DNA of 61,436 bases, filler included, from Choristocarpus tenellus KU-1152 (taxonomy: Eukaryota; Protista; Phaeophyceae), in assembly GCA_964200185.2 (NCBI GenBank). It is 12 parts of 12 records of this genome, joined end to end, with 100 filler letters (N's around TTAATTAATTAA, not from the genome) between each part and the next. Parts side by side here need not be neighbours in the genome. Positions count along the whole stretch, not along the records: positions 46,813 to 51,136 come from CAXNAD020015112.1; positions 51,237 to 55,539 come from CAXNAD020015210.1; positions 55,640 to 61,436 come from CAXNAD020009731.1; 9 more parts are not named here. One strand, 5' to 3'. A model generated the notes under the pieces. The model saw only the letters and a list, made by a program, of their open reading frames with translations. It was not told the origin of the DNA and did not search any database. Within the stretch, counting starts at the first letter, position 1, and every line of letters begins with the position of its first letter. The translations under genes and the position numbers were made by a program. This document shows positions 50,268 to 61,436 of the stretch, piece by piece.

Positions 50268-51058
50268 CCCCCCTCTTCGTTCTCTACTATTTATTGCGTC
50301 GGGGGGGGGTGGNNNNNNNNNNTGGGGGTGCGGGCGGTGCCCTTCCCGTCGCTGGGGTTGTGGTGTTTTTTCCTCCACCCCCCCCCAAACCCCCCCCCCC
50401 CCCCCCCCCCCCCCCCTACTGCTGCCTTGACTGTTGTGTAGATCTGCATTGTCTAGATTTGATGATACCTAGGGGTTGCCTGTAATCCTGCTTGTCCCTT
50501 GATTTATTCCTTCTGGGTCAGCGCCACCAGAGCATGTTGGAGGCTTGACAGGAGAGAGTTGGCTTAAGAGCTGTAGGTATATAAAAGAAGTATAGGGTTT
50601 TGGATCAGCTGTGACTGCAATAGACAAGTTTTAAGAATAAGGCATGGATAAAGATTGTGTAATCCCAAGAAAACACCTGCAATGATGATAGGAACAAAAG
50701 GAAGTTTTTTTTTTTTTTTGGGGGGGGGAGATTGAGCTGTGTGACAACCGTAAGAATATTCTCAGGAAAATTTCACAACGCTATGGGACATGCTGTAAGT
50801 GGGACATTCTGTAAGTGCTAAAATCCGTAGTGCATTTGAAGTGTAAGGATGAAGATATGTACATGCCAAAGTGGTTTGATTGGTTGGGAATATCGTTTTG
50901 GGTACAGATATTTTATATTTCACTGAGGTTTCGAAAAATTGGAAGTTGTTGCCCCAACAACACAAGTATGAAACGTCTCATGTACATGTGGAGTGCTTGT
51001 ATCTTTGTCAGGTTCACATGCATGTGTAGTAGGAAAACATATGTTCCTACGTTAGTCT

Positions 51059-51124
<66 letters not shown>

Positions 51125-51236
51125 ACCACCCCCCCCNNNNNNNNNNNNNNNNNNNNNNNNNNNNNNNNNNNNNNNNNNNNTTAATTAATTAANNNNNNNN
51201 NNNNNNNNNNNNNNNNNNNNNNNNNNNNNNNNNNNN

Positions 51237-51306
51237 CCCAAAAATCGCGACATGAAAAATTGACCCCAAATGGACAGCCACCACCCCCTCCCAGATACTT
51301 TGAGCC
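51237..51306 (-). mobile_element. MITE family B left end, truncated
   Basis: The reverse complement GGCTCAAAGTATCTGGGAGGGGGTGGTGGCTGTCCATTTGGGGTCAATTTTTCATGTCGCG matches 20260-20320. Confidence 0.8.
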
Positions 51307-52429
51307 AAAAGGGTCCAAACCTGCTTAACTTTCAATTTGTTCAGCTCATTGATTGGTGTGAATGGTGCTTATTGTACCACTGTCCCTACACAGTGTTCTT
51401 CGCCAATTCACTATTCATTGATATTATTATTTATTATTACTTCAAAGTGTTTTATGTTATTATTTATCATTACTTCAAAGTGTTTCTTAGTAACTTCCCA
51501 CGATCTTGGCATTTCTCCACGGGCATAAGTAACCCTAACCCTATTACTAATGTAAGTTCTGGACAAGAATAAATCCCACAGACAAGAACATGGAATTGGT
51601 TTCATATTCCAGCCTTGGAAAAATGAAGTGTAAATCTTCCTATGGGCCATGGATGATAGATATAATAAAAAATATTGAAGAAGCTGATGTTCCCAAGATT
51701 TGTGCATATAATTAACTTGATTACTTACTTGTTGGGTTGGAGAGGTTACAGATGAACTAAGGAAGGAGAAAGGAGGAGTGAGCCTTCAAGCTCAGGGGGG
51801 GGGGGTCCTTACCACCAAATCAACCCTATTATGTGGACCACCTAATCACTAATCAATGGTTACTTGCTACAATGATTCCTATTCCTGAACTCTTCCATGT
51901 TCTAACTCATTCAACCATGCCAAACTTCTATTATTCAGAACAAAAACATGGCCTCTTCCATCATCACAGTGCTTCTTACATAACCTACCTTTACACACCA
52001 ATAAAAAGCATATATTTCTTGACACAAAAGCTGATATGTCTTGCACTCAAATAGGTACAACTTCAAAGGGTATGCCTTATTTAATCTCATACCTCTGTGG
52101 TGCTTGATATGCCAAACGAGATTCAAAATGGCTACTCCAGAGTACTTGCATATATTAGTCTGATGTTACTTTCAAGCACCTACTAACGGTCAACAAATAA
52201 TTTTCAACAAATAATTTTCGCTTCTTCACGACACCTCTGCCGTGAAAGGGATAAATGTGACACAAATTTTTGTATGCTCCACAATGCGGAAACTCTGCTT
52301 TCTGTGAAAAGAACCATCAAATTTCAGGTTGGTCTGAGTTGCATGCACACACTAACAATCATGCCCATCAAAAAAAAAAACTTCCCTTCCCACCGCCCCA
52401 TGTACTTCTTATTTATCCTGGGCGTACAG

Positions 52430-53550
52430 CTCCAGGTGCCAAGGCATCAGCAACAGTTCAATCCAACAGCAAGAAGCTTCTTGCGTCAGCCAGTAGCAAT
52501 GGTTCGATAAGTATTTGGCGCTACCCCGCGGCAGAGGTGAGTATCTTTGTATCTTTGTATCTTTGTATCTTTGTATCTTTGTATCTTTGTATCTTTGTAT
52601 CTCTATCCGATAGTAGATATCAAACTTTTTACTGGGCCTCGACTGCTTCTCTCGAACACAAGAATAAGCGCTGGTGCTGAGGGTGTCGAGAAGGTTCTAG
52701 ATCGTAAAATGCATCCTGTCGGCTCGACATATCATCTAGATTGCAACTATTTTGTTGGCGGGAATGCTTATCTGAGTTAAACAAATTGAGAGGTAGGCAG
52801 GATTGCATTTCAAGATTACCGGGATAGGGGGAGTAGGCGTAATTTTATACAACTGCTGCAAGAGCCTTTGCTGAACTGTGGTGTCACTTTGTGGGTAAAA
52901 AGCGAGACTATCGATTTTGCGTACACTATTGTGCACATAGAGCAGCAATGAAACGGTGTGTATTGCACAGGGTAAGAAATATCGCCTCCGAGAACGCAAA
53001 AATGTCCAAACCTGCCTACAGTTGAATTACTTTGATTTACTATTTTATCTTTATACCTTGCCTTACAATATTGTGTTGAAAACCTTATTTTTTTTCAATG
53101 GTTCAAAAGTCATCAAGAATTCCCATCATACTTGGGTCTACGAATATCTTAGGCATTACGTTTTCTTAGTAAAAGGCCCAGGGACCTTCCTTGATAATTT
53201 AATTAATACATGGCAGGCTTCCAATCCTTAAAACTAGACACAAACGATTTTTTCAATCGTCTACTATGCAAGTATAATGAGATAAAGGTATCCCCTTGTA
53301 CGGTTCCAAAACGTCCCGTGTCAACAACCTAAGGGGGGCACGTCTTTTCCCATCTCAAGTGCTTCATGATCACGTTCAGCCACACCAATATGCCTTGACA
53401 TCACCCACGTTTGTGCAGGTAAACGCTCAGTGTGTGGTAGGCAACGCCTTCCATGGAAGCGCTCCAGCAGCCCTGGCCTTCACTTCTGATGACTCACATC
53501 TAGTTTCTGCTGGGGGCTTGGACAATACTATCCTCCAATGGACTCTGTAG
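52430..53550 (+). CDS. EML (echinoderm microtubule-associated protein)-like WD40 protein, last two exons
   Basis: Exons ~52430-52536 (LLASASSNGSISIWRYP) and 53419-53550 (FHGSAPAALAFTSDDSHLVSAGGLDNTILQWTL*). These match the EML C-terminal LLAT.D..G.+.+++YP...H......F..DD..L+S.GG.D..+.QW. Confidence 0.75.
52541..52602. repeat. (GTATCTTT)7+ microsatellite starting inside a 5' splice site
   Basis: GAG|GTGA followed immediately by GTATCTTT x7. Confidence 0.95.
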
Positions 53551-56260
53551 TGCTGGCAGATGAACACTTCGCCAGTGTGGCACCACAGTTGTAGGCATTG
53601 GCTGAGCTAATCCAGCGTAAAGTGATCAACAGCAATATGTTCTTGTGTATCTGCCCCCTCTTCAGCTACAGAGCAGGTTATGGGCAAGTGTTTCACGCCC
53701 CACCTTCAGACACTATGTTTGATTTTTTTTTTAATGGTGTACAAAAAAAAAGGAGCATCATCCATCGTGTGCGTTCAAGCACAATGCTATAAAACATCCA
53801 CCACATATTTGGCAGTAAATGGGTTTCTGCAAACTACAGCATGCATTATTGGATGGCAAGAGGAAGGTGACGTAATATTTCCACGGCAATAAAGGTCACT
53901 GGACAGAAAGTACTGTGTTGCACTCAGCGACCTAGATAGGCTGTACACCACCCTGTACAGCATGCTTCATCCGCCCGCTCCCTCCACACCAAGGAAAATG
54001 CAAATCGGATGGAGAATCAATTCAAATCACCACTACTAGCCTCCCTTCCGAAAAGGACAAAGAAAGCGTGAGGATGTGAGGGGAGCATTCCACCATGAGT
54101 AGTATCATGTTGTAGGTTGGGTACTACAATACTGGACGGGCTCAACTTCCCTCCATTGAAACCAAGATGTTTTCCCATTCCATAAATATTTTGTTGTAGC
54201 AGTAATTGTAGAATCTTGAAAAACACAAGCACATCTGACTTTTGACTGGCTTTCAGTTATTGGTTGTTGAGGATTCTGAGGTCTACATCGTCCTCCCCTT
54301 GCCTCTAGAAGATTGGGGATTGATATTAACCTAACTCTTTCGCAGGTAAGTACCATCATTCTCATTTGTAGCGCCCAGTCGTACATTCAAGATGTTAAGC
54401 TCGCAAGGTCACTCCTCGTACACGTACACGAATGTACTTCTATTCACCCACACGAACACTGAAGGGGTTTCCAACAAATTGGAAGGTATTTGCACACATT
54501 CTAAGCGAGATTATGTTGTGTGTTGGTTGGATATCATATTCGATAAGTATGGAAGTACTTAGTACAGGGTATTATATGGTCACTGAAAATGTTGCAGATG
54601 TTGTAACAGAGTGGGAATAAGCGATTTGTGTGTGTGTGTGTGTGTACGCGCAAGGTAAAGAATAAGATAAACAAACGAACACAGCAACAGAAATCTCTCT
54701 TAAGATCCTCACGTATCACACAAAAGGTAGCTTTATAGAAAAAGTGAGATTTTGTTGAGACCTGGTCAGGAAAGAGTCTTAGGGACTCGAGAATAGGGTC
54801 GTAGGTTGAATATGATAATATTGAATATAGCATGGGATGCCCCCCCCTGCTCCTTCCCTCCTGATACTCCTGGAGCCCCATGAATCCTTTTTGGTTGTGC
54901 TGCCAACTGCGGATGTTCTCGTCCTGTTTTCCCCTCATCACAGTTTCCCTGCGTTCACCCAGGCACACACCCCTCTGTTCCTTTCGTCCTGGAGGTGCAG
55001 GACTACAGTGGCTACTAACTGGCAGTCCTTCACCCCTAATCACTCTCCCTCACCACAGATCTATAAATGTTTCCCATGTGCCAGAAGCTCTGATGAAGTG
55101 AAGTCCTTAGCCCCATGCACCCTTATAAACCTTGAACAACTTTAAGTTATCCATTTCGATTAGAAGGGGAGTAGAGGAAGTAAGAAATCGACCATACGAT
55201 TACCTACGAACCCACTTTTTTAGAGTCGGCATGGCGTTGGGAACAATGATTGAGAACAGAGAGGGGGAAACAGTAACATAGTGCTATCGAACCCCGGTCA
55301 TCGAGGTTACTGAGCACAAACCAAGGCAAATATCCGCAAAGAAAACTCACCTACCTATTGAGTTTCGACAGATTGTGTAATCAAAGATGTCGAAAGCATG
55401 TTTGCCTGTTGTTATACCGTTGTTGCCATATACCGTTATACTGTGGTACCGATTGAGGTTCCCAGTCAAGAGTCCATGATTTCACGGACATACTTTCTGT
55501 CAGAATGTCACGCATGGAAGATCCACTTTATTCTCACGTNNNNNNNNNNNNNNNNNNNNNNNNNNNNNNNNNNNNNNNNNNNNTTAATTAATTAANNNNN
55601 NNNNNNNNNNNNNNNNNNNNNNNNNNNNNNNNNNNNNNNGAGTGAGAAATAGGAAGGGAGTGGGGGTCGTATCTGATGTTGGTTTGGGGGGGGGGTGAGA
55701 GTGGGAGACAGGCGGACAGTAATGAGGTATATACCTTAAGTGCGTACGTGAGTTAGTACATGCTCTTTGGTATCTTGATCGCCGGGGTTTTGCTCCTTAC
55801 GTCTTTTTTTTTTGTGAAGAAACTCAGCCTTGGTGCGTTCCGTCCAGTCCGCCCTGTAGATGCAGAGATGAAGTGAACCTTAGATTCGTTGCGTCTGTTC
55901 TCGCTTATCAAGGTTGATAATAATAGCAACATGTGTCATATAGGGGTGATGTTCTGTCAAAGTTAACCGCAAGAATGAGATTGAGAAGTAGGTAGCAGAG
56001 GTTGGAGGGTAAATGAACGCTCCCTATTGGCTGAATTTTGGGTTTAGCCTGTTTCTATTGGTGGAAAATTCACTATTGTATACCATCCCTATATCCTCTG
56101 CCCTCAACATTTGGGGGGGGGGGGGGGGGGTAGTTATTACCCCTTGCTTTGTGTTNNNNNNNNNNGGAGGTTGGGGAGTGGTGTGAGTAGGGGGGGGGGG
56201 GGGGGGGGGGGGAGGTGTAGTTACTAACCCTTGCTTTGTGTTCTTTAATACTTTTCGCAG

Positions 56261-57932
56261 TGGAGAGTCATCATGGGGGGGAGCTGAGTGCACTGGCAGC
56301 TCCTCAGGAGGATATGATTGAGCTCAAGGAGGAGTTCATGGCCAAGTTCCATAATATCAGCCGAATCATGGATTGCGTGGGGTGTGAGAAATGCAAGGTC
56401 AGGGACTAAGGATTTTATGGCCTTTGTGTATGCACTGTACCCCTCCTCAGGTGAAGCAATTCGCGCTGTGACAGTTGAAGGTGTTGAAGTAAGTGTCCCC
56501 AACTACTGGAACATTTGTGTGGAGATACGTGCTTGCAGTGTGGGGTGGGTAAAGGTTTTTATGTGATAGTTAAAGATGTTTCATATCGTTAGACTGCATT
56601 CCTCACGCACCGGAGATTTCATAGTAGTTCGTACCCCATAACTCCATCCGCATCCTACCCTCCAGCTGTGGGGTAAACTGGAGACACTAGGGTTAGGGAC
56701 CGCCATCAAGATTATGATGGCATCGCCTGACGAGGAGGGAGACCTGGCCCTGTCGTCTCTGCAGCGGAACGAAATCATTGCGCTGCTCAACACAGCTGCA
56801 CAGCTAGCCAAGAGTGTGGGCTCTGTGCCCCACTGGAAATGGTTGGGTGAGTGAGAAAGATCTATCATGGTTTTGAACTTCTGGATGTGTTGCAGAAGGA
56901 AGCTAGATGGTAGTACCAGGACCGGGGTGTCTGTCTAAGAGCTGATCGGCTAACTTTTACTTTCCTGCTCCCTCTCCTATGGTGAAACCCCCTCCCCACC
57001 TTGCCCCCTTGTCCGTCTACTCACAGAGGTTCAGCAACACATAGCTCATTCTGCCCCCCAGTTCATGGGAGGGTTCTTGTTGTTGGTAGCTGTGGGGGTG
57101 GCATCATCTATCTGGCTGGGATGTTGCAGAAGCAGGGGGGGCAATTCATCATCTGGAGGTGTAATGCCAGTAGGAATCACAGTACAGTAGTTGTAGTGTG
57201 TGCAATGGTGTGGGTGGCGATTCTGTGTTGACCTAGTACTGTGGTCCTCTTTCATTGAACTGTAGGGTTGGGGTATTCCCTTGCCTGCATTGATTGTCTT
57301 GAGCAAGTGACCTTTATGTAGAGGTTAAGTGGAATGCACACAGAGGTGTGCTAGCATCATGGTACTCCTTGTCGAGAGATATGGTTTTCTAAGAGTATTG
57401 GCCCCAAGGCAGCCACTCCACATGAGAAGTGCAGAAAGGTTTGACCGGTAACTAAATGTTTCTCATCGCTAGAGAGCTTTGTGTGTGTGTGTGTGTAATT
57501 TTTAGGTGTGTGTTGACCTTCTACAGTAGCTTCTGTTTTTTGTCTGAGGTTTTTTCAATGCATGAAGTTTTTTGTATTGTAGGTGAGGTGAGTATCGGCC
57601 CGTCTTCCCCCTCAAGGAAACTCTTTTGTTTTCACTCATGAACCCTTTTTCTCACTAACCCTAACCCTAACCCCCTTGGTATGACACATTCCCTTAGTCC
57701 CAAGGTTGCATCAACTCTAAAACTCTGCAAATGCAATGGTGTCCACCTGTCATGGTTGATGCTCTCGCGTATATTCCGTCCATCAGGACCAAGTGACACG
57801 GGAGGGTTGCATCATGCGACAGAGGGGCCCAGCAATGGCAATGATGGTATGGACAAGAAGGCTGGAACAACCCTGCCGGGTAGTAGCAACCAGGTCACAA
57901 CACAAGTGGGGGTGGATGAGGGGACCAAGTAG
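56261..57932 (+). CDS. ERO1: Endoplasmic reticulum oxidoreductin 1, C-terminal exons
   Basis: Exons 56261-56397 (LKEEFMAKFHNISRIMDCVGCEKCK), 56666-56846 (LWGKLETLGLGTAIKI...LQRNEIIALLN), 57027-57158 and probably 57787-57932. CxxCxxC motif present. Missed by the ORF track. Confidence 0.93.
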
Positions 57933-60242
57933 TTATACACTCAACACTAGGAATGATGCTGGGGTGAGGATGTACAGTAGTGGTGGGTGTAGTCATTTGA
58001 TATACTTCAGAGTGTACCTAACCAAGTTGGTAGTACTAAATTGTGTCTTTGGTAGGGGGGCAAGAGGTCTCCCAATTCCAAGAACAAGAGTGAAGACCAT
58101 TCGTTGGGCTTGCCTCTTGCAGGCATTGACGGTGAGGTCTTTCCTTGTAGCTGTAGCGGAGGAGTTGGAGTTGGGTGTGGATTGAGTTTGCACTCTGTAA
58201 CCTGGGTTTTTATTGAGTAGGCGGCGTTTTGAGCTTGCTTCTGGATGCCTTGTTTGAGGTCACTGAGTGGTTGGTGCTGTAGACTACACACGGGTTCTTT
58301 ACTCTGCTCAAGAATCAAGTGGTTGAAGCTCTGATGTGTACTTGATTCTTGTTTTGCCTTTGTGATGGCTCCCTAGCTGTAGGTGGGAAATGCAAGGCCA
58401 GACCCTTACTGTAATTTCAATCAACATGCAGGGAGGATAATACTGACCGCAGTCAGTTGTAGAAAAGCTCTTCTTCTCATGTTTCTCGATGTTGTAACTG
58501 TAACTGTAACTGCCCCTCCCCCCTCGAGTATTGGTTGTATGTCGCGCTTCATGTTGATGTCCTCCAGATTCCATGTTGCCCTCACACAATGGCTCAAGTG
58601 GATTGAGTGCATGTTGCTCAAGTGAGAAGGAAGCTTGTTTAAGTATGTGCATCGAGTTCACGCTGTAGGTATCTCTATGTATGTATCTGTAGCTTATTTT
58701 GCTACTCCCATGTTCTCTGAATCATGGGTTTGATCAGTGTATGATTCTTGACATTTATACATCTCCACAGGTTGCAGCAGACTGCATCTCACAGTGCCAC
58801 CACCTATGGTAGTATGCTAGCATGTTTGTGTTGTAAGGTAACCGATTTGACAGCCACAGAGTTGTATTTAGAGCTCTGCAATGTTTACGTAGAGCAAGAA
58901 TTGATGGTAGATGTGTCCAAACCTGAAAAGTGGGATACTAAGAAGTAACAGGAAGAGGTGATTATCATTGTTGATGAGAAAATTAGTTTTTTTGAGGGAG
59001 TCTTTTGCACCACCTTGCACTCTCAGTCCCAGCTGTGTTTTACAGTAGTGCCAATCTCTAGTATATTTTTTTTAACTGTCACAAGATTGGCAACAATAAA
59101 AATGAGCATGGATGGTGTGGAGTCTACTGCATCGAATATTGTGACCATGATCATGACAGAGATGACCAGTACTTTGTTATCAGGGCCATCATACTTGCTA
59201 ATTTGGGAACCCAAGTAGTCCAGTCCCAGTGACAATTCAAAGTCAGTATCAAGTAGTAGTGCTGAGTGAGCACATGCCTTTTTTATGATAGGTGTCATGG
59301 CAGGAGAACACAACACATAGTTACAATTATTAAGATTGTCAGTACACAGTACAATTCAGCAAGACTCAAGTACTGCAAATTGCTCATCTTCCTTACATTG
59401 CATTCAAAGTCCTGTATATTGTGGCACCATCCAGGGACCCAAGAGTTTTTTATCATGCGTCTAATGATAGGTATTTTATACCTGCTGATGACTCAGAAGG
59501 AATGGGCAACACACACAAGATAATACTGAAGGCAGGTGGTCCAATTGCATGGAAATAAATGGAGGTACAGTAGTAGCAAGGTTTCATGGATTATTGGCTC
59601 CATGTTGTTCAGTGATCCCTTTGCAAAACCTAACAAGTGGTCTTGATGCACTATGGCTTGTCAGTGCCAGCAAGATGCACACCTTGGAAAATGTCACACT
59701 CAATGCTATGTTTTGACTGCAGCAGACATGATAGGTATGTACATACATGTGAGATGTGTGCTGTGCATGGTAACACTCCAGTTCAAAAAGTAAGGAACAT
59801 GTGTTGAGTCTTGTAACAACCGAGCCCAAACACAGCTTTGTATTTTAGGGTTAAGGTTAGAACAGCGATAGCAAAATATGGTAATATGAAGTGTAAAATA
59901 TTGTGTCGTGGAAGTGTAGTGTTGTCCGAGGTGTGTGAGACTGTCCCTAATCTGCTCATTTGTAAATGCTGAACACGTAAAATGAATTGACACTTTTGCC
60001 AAGACTGAACTAAAACACGGCAATGCATTTATTAGATTATATTGGCAGCATCTCAACTGGGGCATTCTTCTTGTGGCATTTAAAATAAGGAACAAACCAG
60101 CCAACTCAATCCACAGAAGGGCCTATCACCATTCACTAGCATTACCTCATGGGTTGCAACTACACTATCACCATTTGCAAAGATATAGCACAAAGCCTCT
60201 GGCTATGTAGCCCTCAGCTGCGACTTACCCCCATCCCCACTG

Positions 60243-60817
60243 CTATTCAGCCTCAACATCCAATGGAAAGGAAGTAATAACTGAGTTGTAGCACCTCAAA
60301 TCCCGTGGTACCCCCATAGCCCGCCAATGCTCCAAAACCACAACAGCAGCTGAGAACTGCCCAGCCCTCTGACATGCTTCCACAGCCACCCCAAGGATCG
60401 CCATAGGGGGCTTCAGTCCTGCCAACCGCATCACCCCCACATACTCAGCTGCCAAGTCCCAACGGTCCAACTTCGCAGCGGCAGTAACTGCCATTGATAT
60501 ACAGTGCTCTTTGGTTTGGGATGTGTTAAACACACCAGCATCCCCAGAGTGAACTGTAGAACAGGTTGTTCCACTATCCCCTGCTGCCTCGAAACCGCTT
60601 TCCCTATCATTTGCCTCCACCCATTGGTGCCATCCATTACCCAAAATCTGGGCCCAGTCTCCAACAAAACGGTCCTCCTCTGAAACCTCTCCATTCTCGT
60701 GCTGTTTTCTTATCTCGGGCTTGAGCCTGGATGCGATCTCAAGAGCGTATTCATACTCACCTCCTTCAATGCAGGCCATCATTACAGCACCATAGAGGAA
60801 AAGATCAGGCACTAAGC
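60243..60817 (-). CDS. Pentatricopeptide-repeat (PPR) protein exon
   Basis: PDLFLYGAVMMAC..G.YEYAL, AVTAAAKLDRWDLA...MRLAGLKP, AVEACQRAGQFSAA...MGVPRDLRCYNSVI. Acceptor TTGCAG at 60818. Confidence 0.85.
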
Positions 60818-61436
60818 CTGCAACACGGATGCATCAGTACAAAAGAGGAAAAGGAAGTGACATGTCAGAATGGTAAAGATGGATCACAAACTCCAAGTGT
60901 GATCGTAGTCCGTCTACTAGTGAGCACCCTGGAGTAGTCCCGAAAGGAAATGCAAGTGTGGAGAGGCAGGGCGGGGGAGCATAGGTTAAAAGGTGTTCTC
61001 ATCACCACCAACTGGAAAGGAGCAGGCAGGTAGTGAGGAGGACGTAAGACTCATTACCACGTGTCCCCACTAAAAAGTTTCCATCAATACATTGCAATGG
61101 ATTTTGAAGTAACGATTTCATCTACCAAACACTACCGCCACAACATCAGCCAGGTTACTGAAAGAAAATCTACGTACTGATTCACTTGGTCGGAATTTCT
61201 TTCACTGAATTTTTGCATGAGATCAACGATGTGACTGTGCTGTGAAGGGTTTCAAAGGTTGTGCTCCTTTCACAGATTATTGATCCATCACAGTGTATTT
61301 ATAAACAGTGATCTTGTACCGACTCTAAATCTGGTCCTCATCAGTGTGTGTTGTTCTGGAATCATCGCAAGGATGTACAACACACCCCCTCTTTGGCATG
61401 TGCGTCACCAACAACAGTTCCAACGTAGATAGTAGG

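Noticed and set aside
50200-50420. Poly-Pro/poly-Gly ORFs and long C/G homopolymers (also at 1-24, 35310, 49340, 51062)
   Set aside because: Homopolymer runs next to gaps or contig ends with noisy flanks; most likely intronic tracts inflated by sequencing artefacts.
21035-53550. Apparent clustering of microtubule/ciliary genes (enkurin, EML-like) or any cross-contig gene cluster
   Set aside because: The genes lie on different contigs joined by artificial linkers.
56112-56243. Direct repeat around the 10-N gap
   Set aside because: Noisy duplicated contig ends across a scaffold gap; assembly artefact.
57655-57672. CCCTAA/TTAGGG runs (also at 35887, 47415, 51531) as telomeres
   Set aside because: Only 2-3 units and internal; one lies in an exon.

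Overview
This is eukaryotic DNA, most likely a brown alga or close stramenopile relative. That is inferred from the long GT-AG introns with C/T-rich acceptors, TTAGGG motifs and the style of the retroelements. It is not one locus: 12 short contigs are joined by 11 artificial 100-bp linkers (44N-TTAATTAATTAA-44N), so gene neighbourhoods only mean something within a contig. Spliced host genes reconstructed by hand, all partial: UBLCP1, an ornithine-decarboxylase-like protein lacking the GPTCD catalytic Cys/Asp, a KH-domain protein, enkurin, Snf7/CHMP4, a CC2D1/Lgd/FYVE4-like protein, an EML-like WD40 protein, ERO1 with a predicted C-terminal membrane anchor, a PPR protein and one unknown gene. 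Mobile DNA: decayed copia, gypsy, CRE-like LINE and possibly MULE remnants, two sister Sola2-like MITE families and a TTAA-flanked MITE. Most interesting observations: (1) Snf7/CHMP4 lies head-to-head, with 546 bp between start codons, with a protein resembling its known regulator Lgd/CC2D1. (2) A 6.3-kb contig carries a decayed intron-containing gene with a ParB/DGQHR-like 'CLNGQHR' motif between two different ~200-235-bp tandem arrays, possibly part of an undescribed large mobile element. (3) A candidate antizyme-inhibitor-like ODC pseudoenzyme. (4) A perfect two-unit, AG-free minisatellite lies inside a 380-nt AG-free zone before a splice acceptor. All family calls come from motif recognition by eye; no searches were run.
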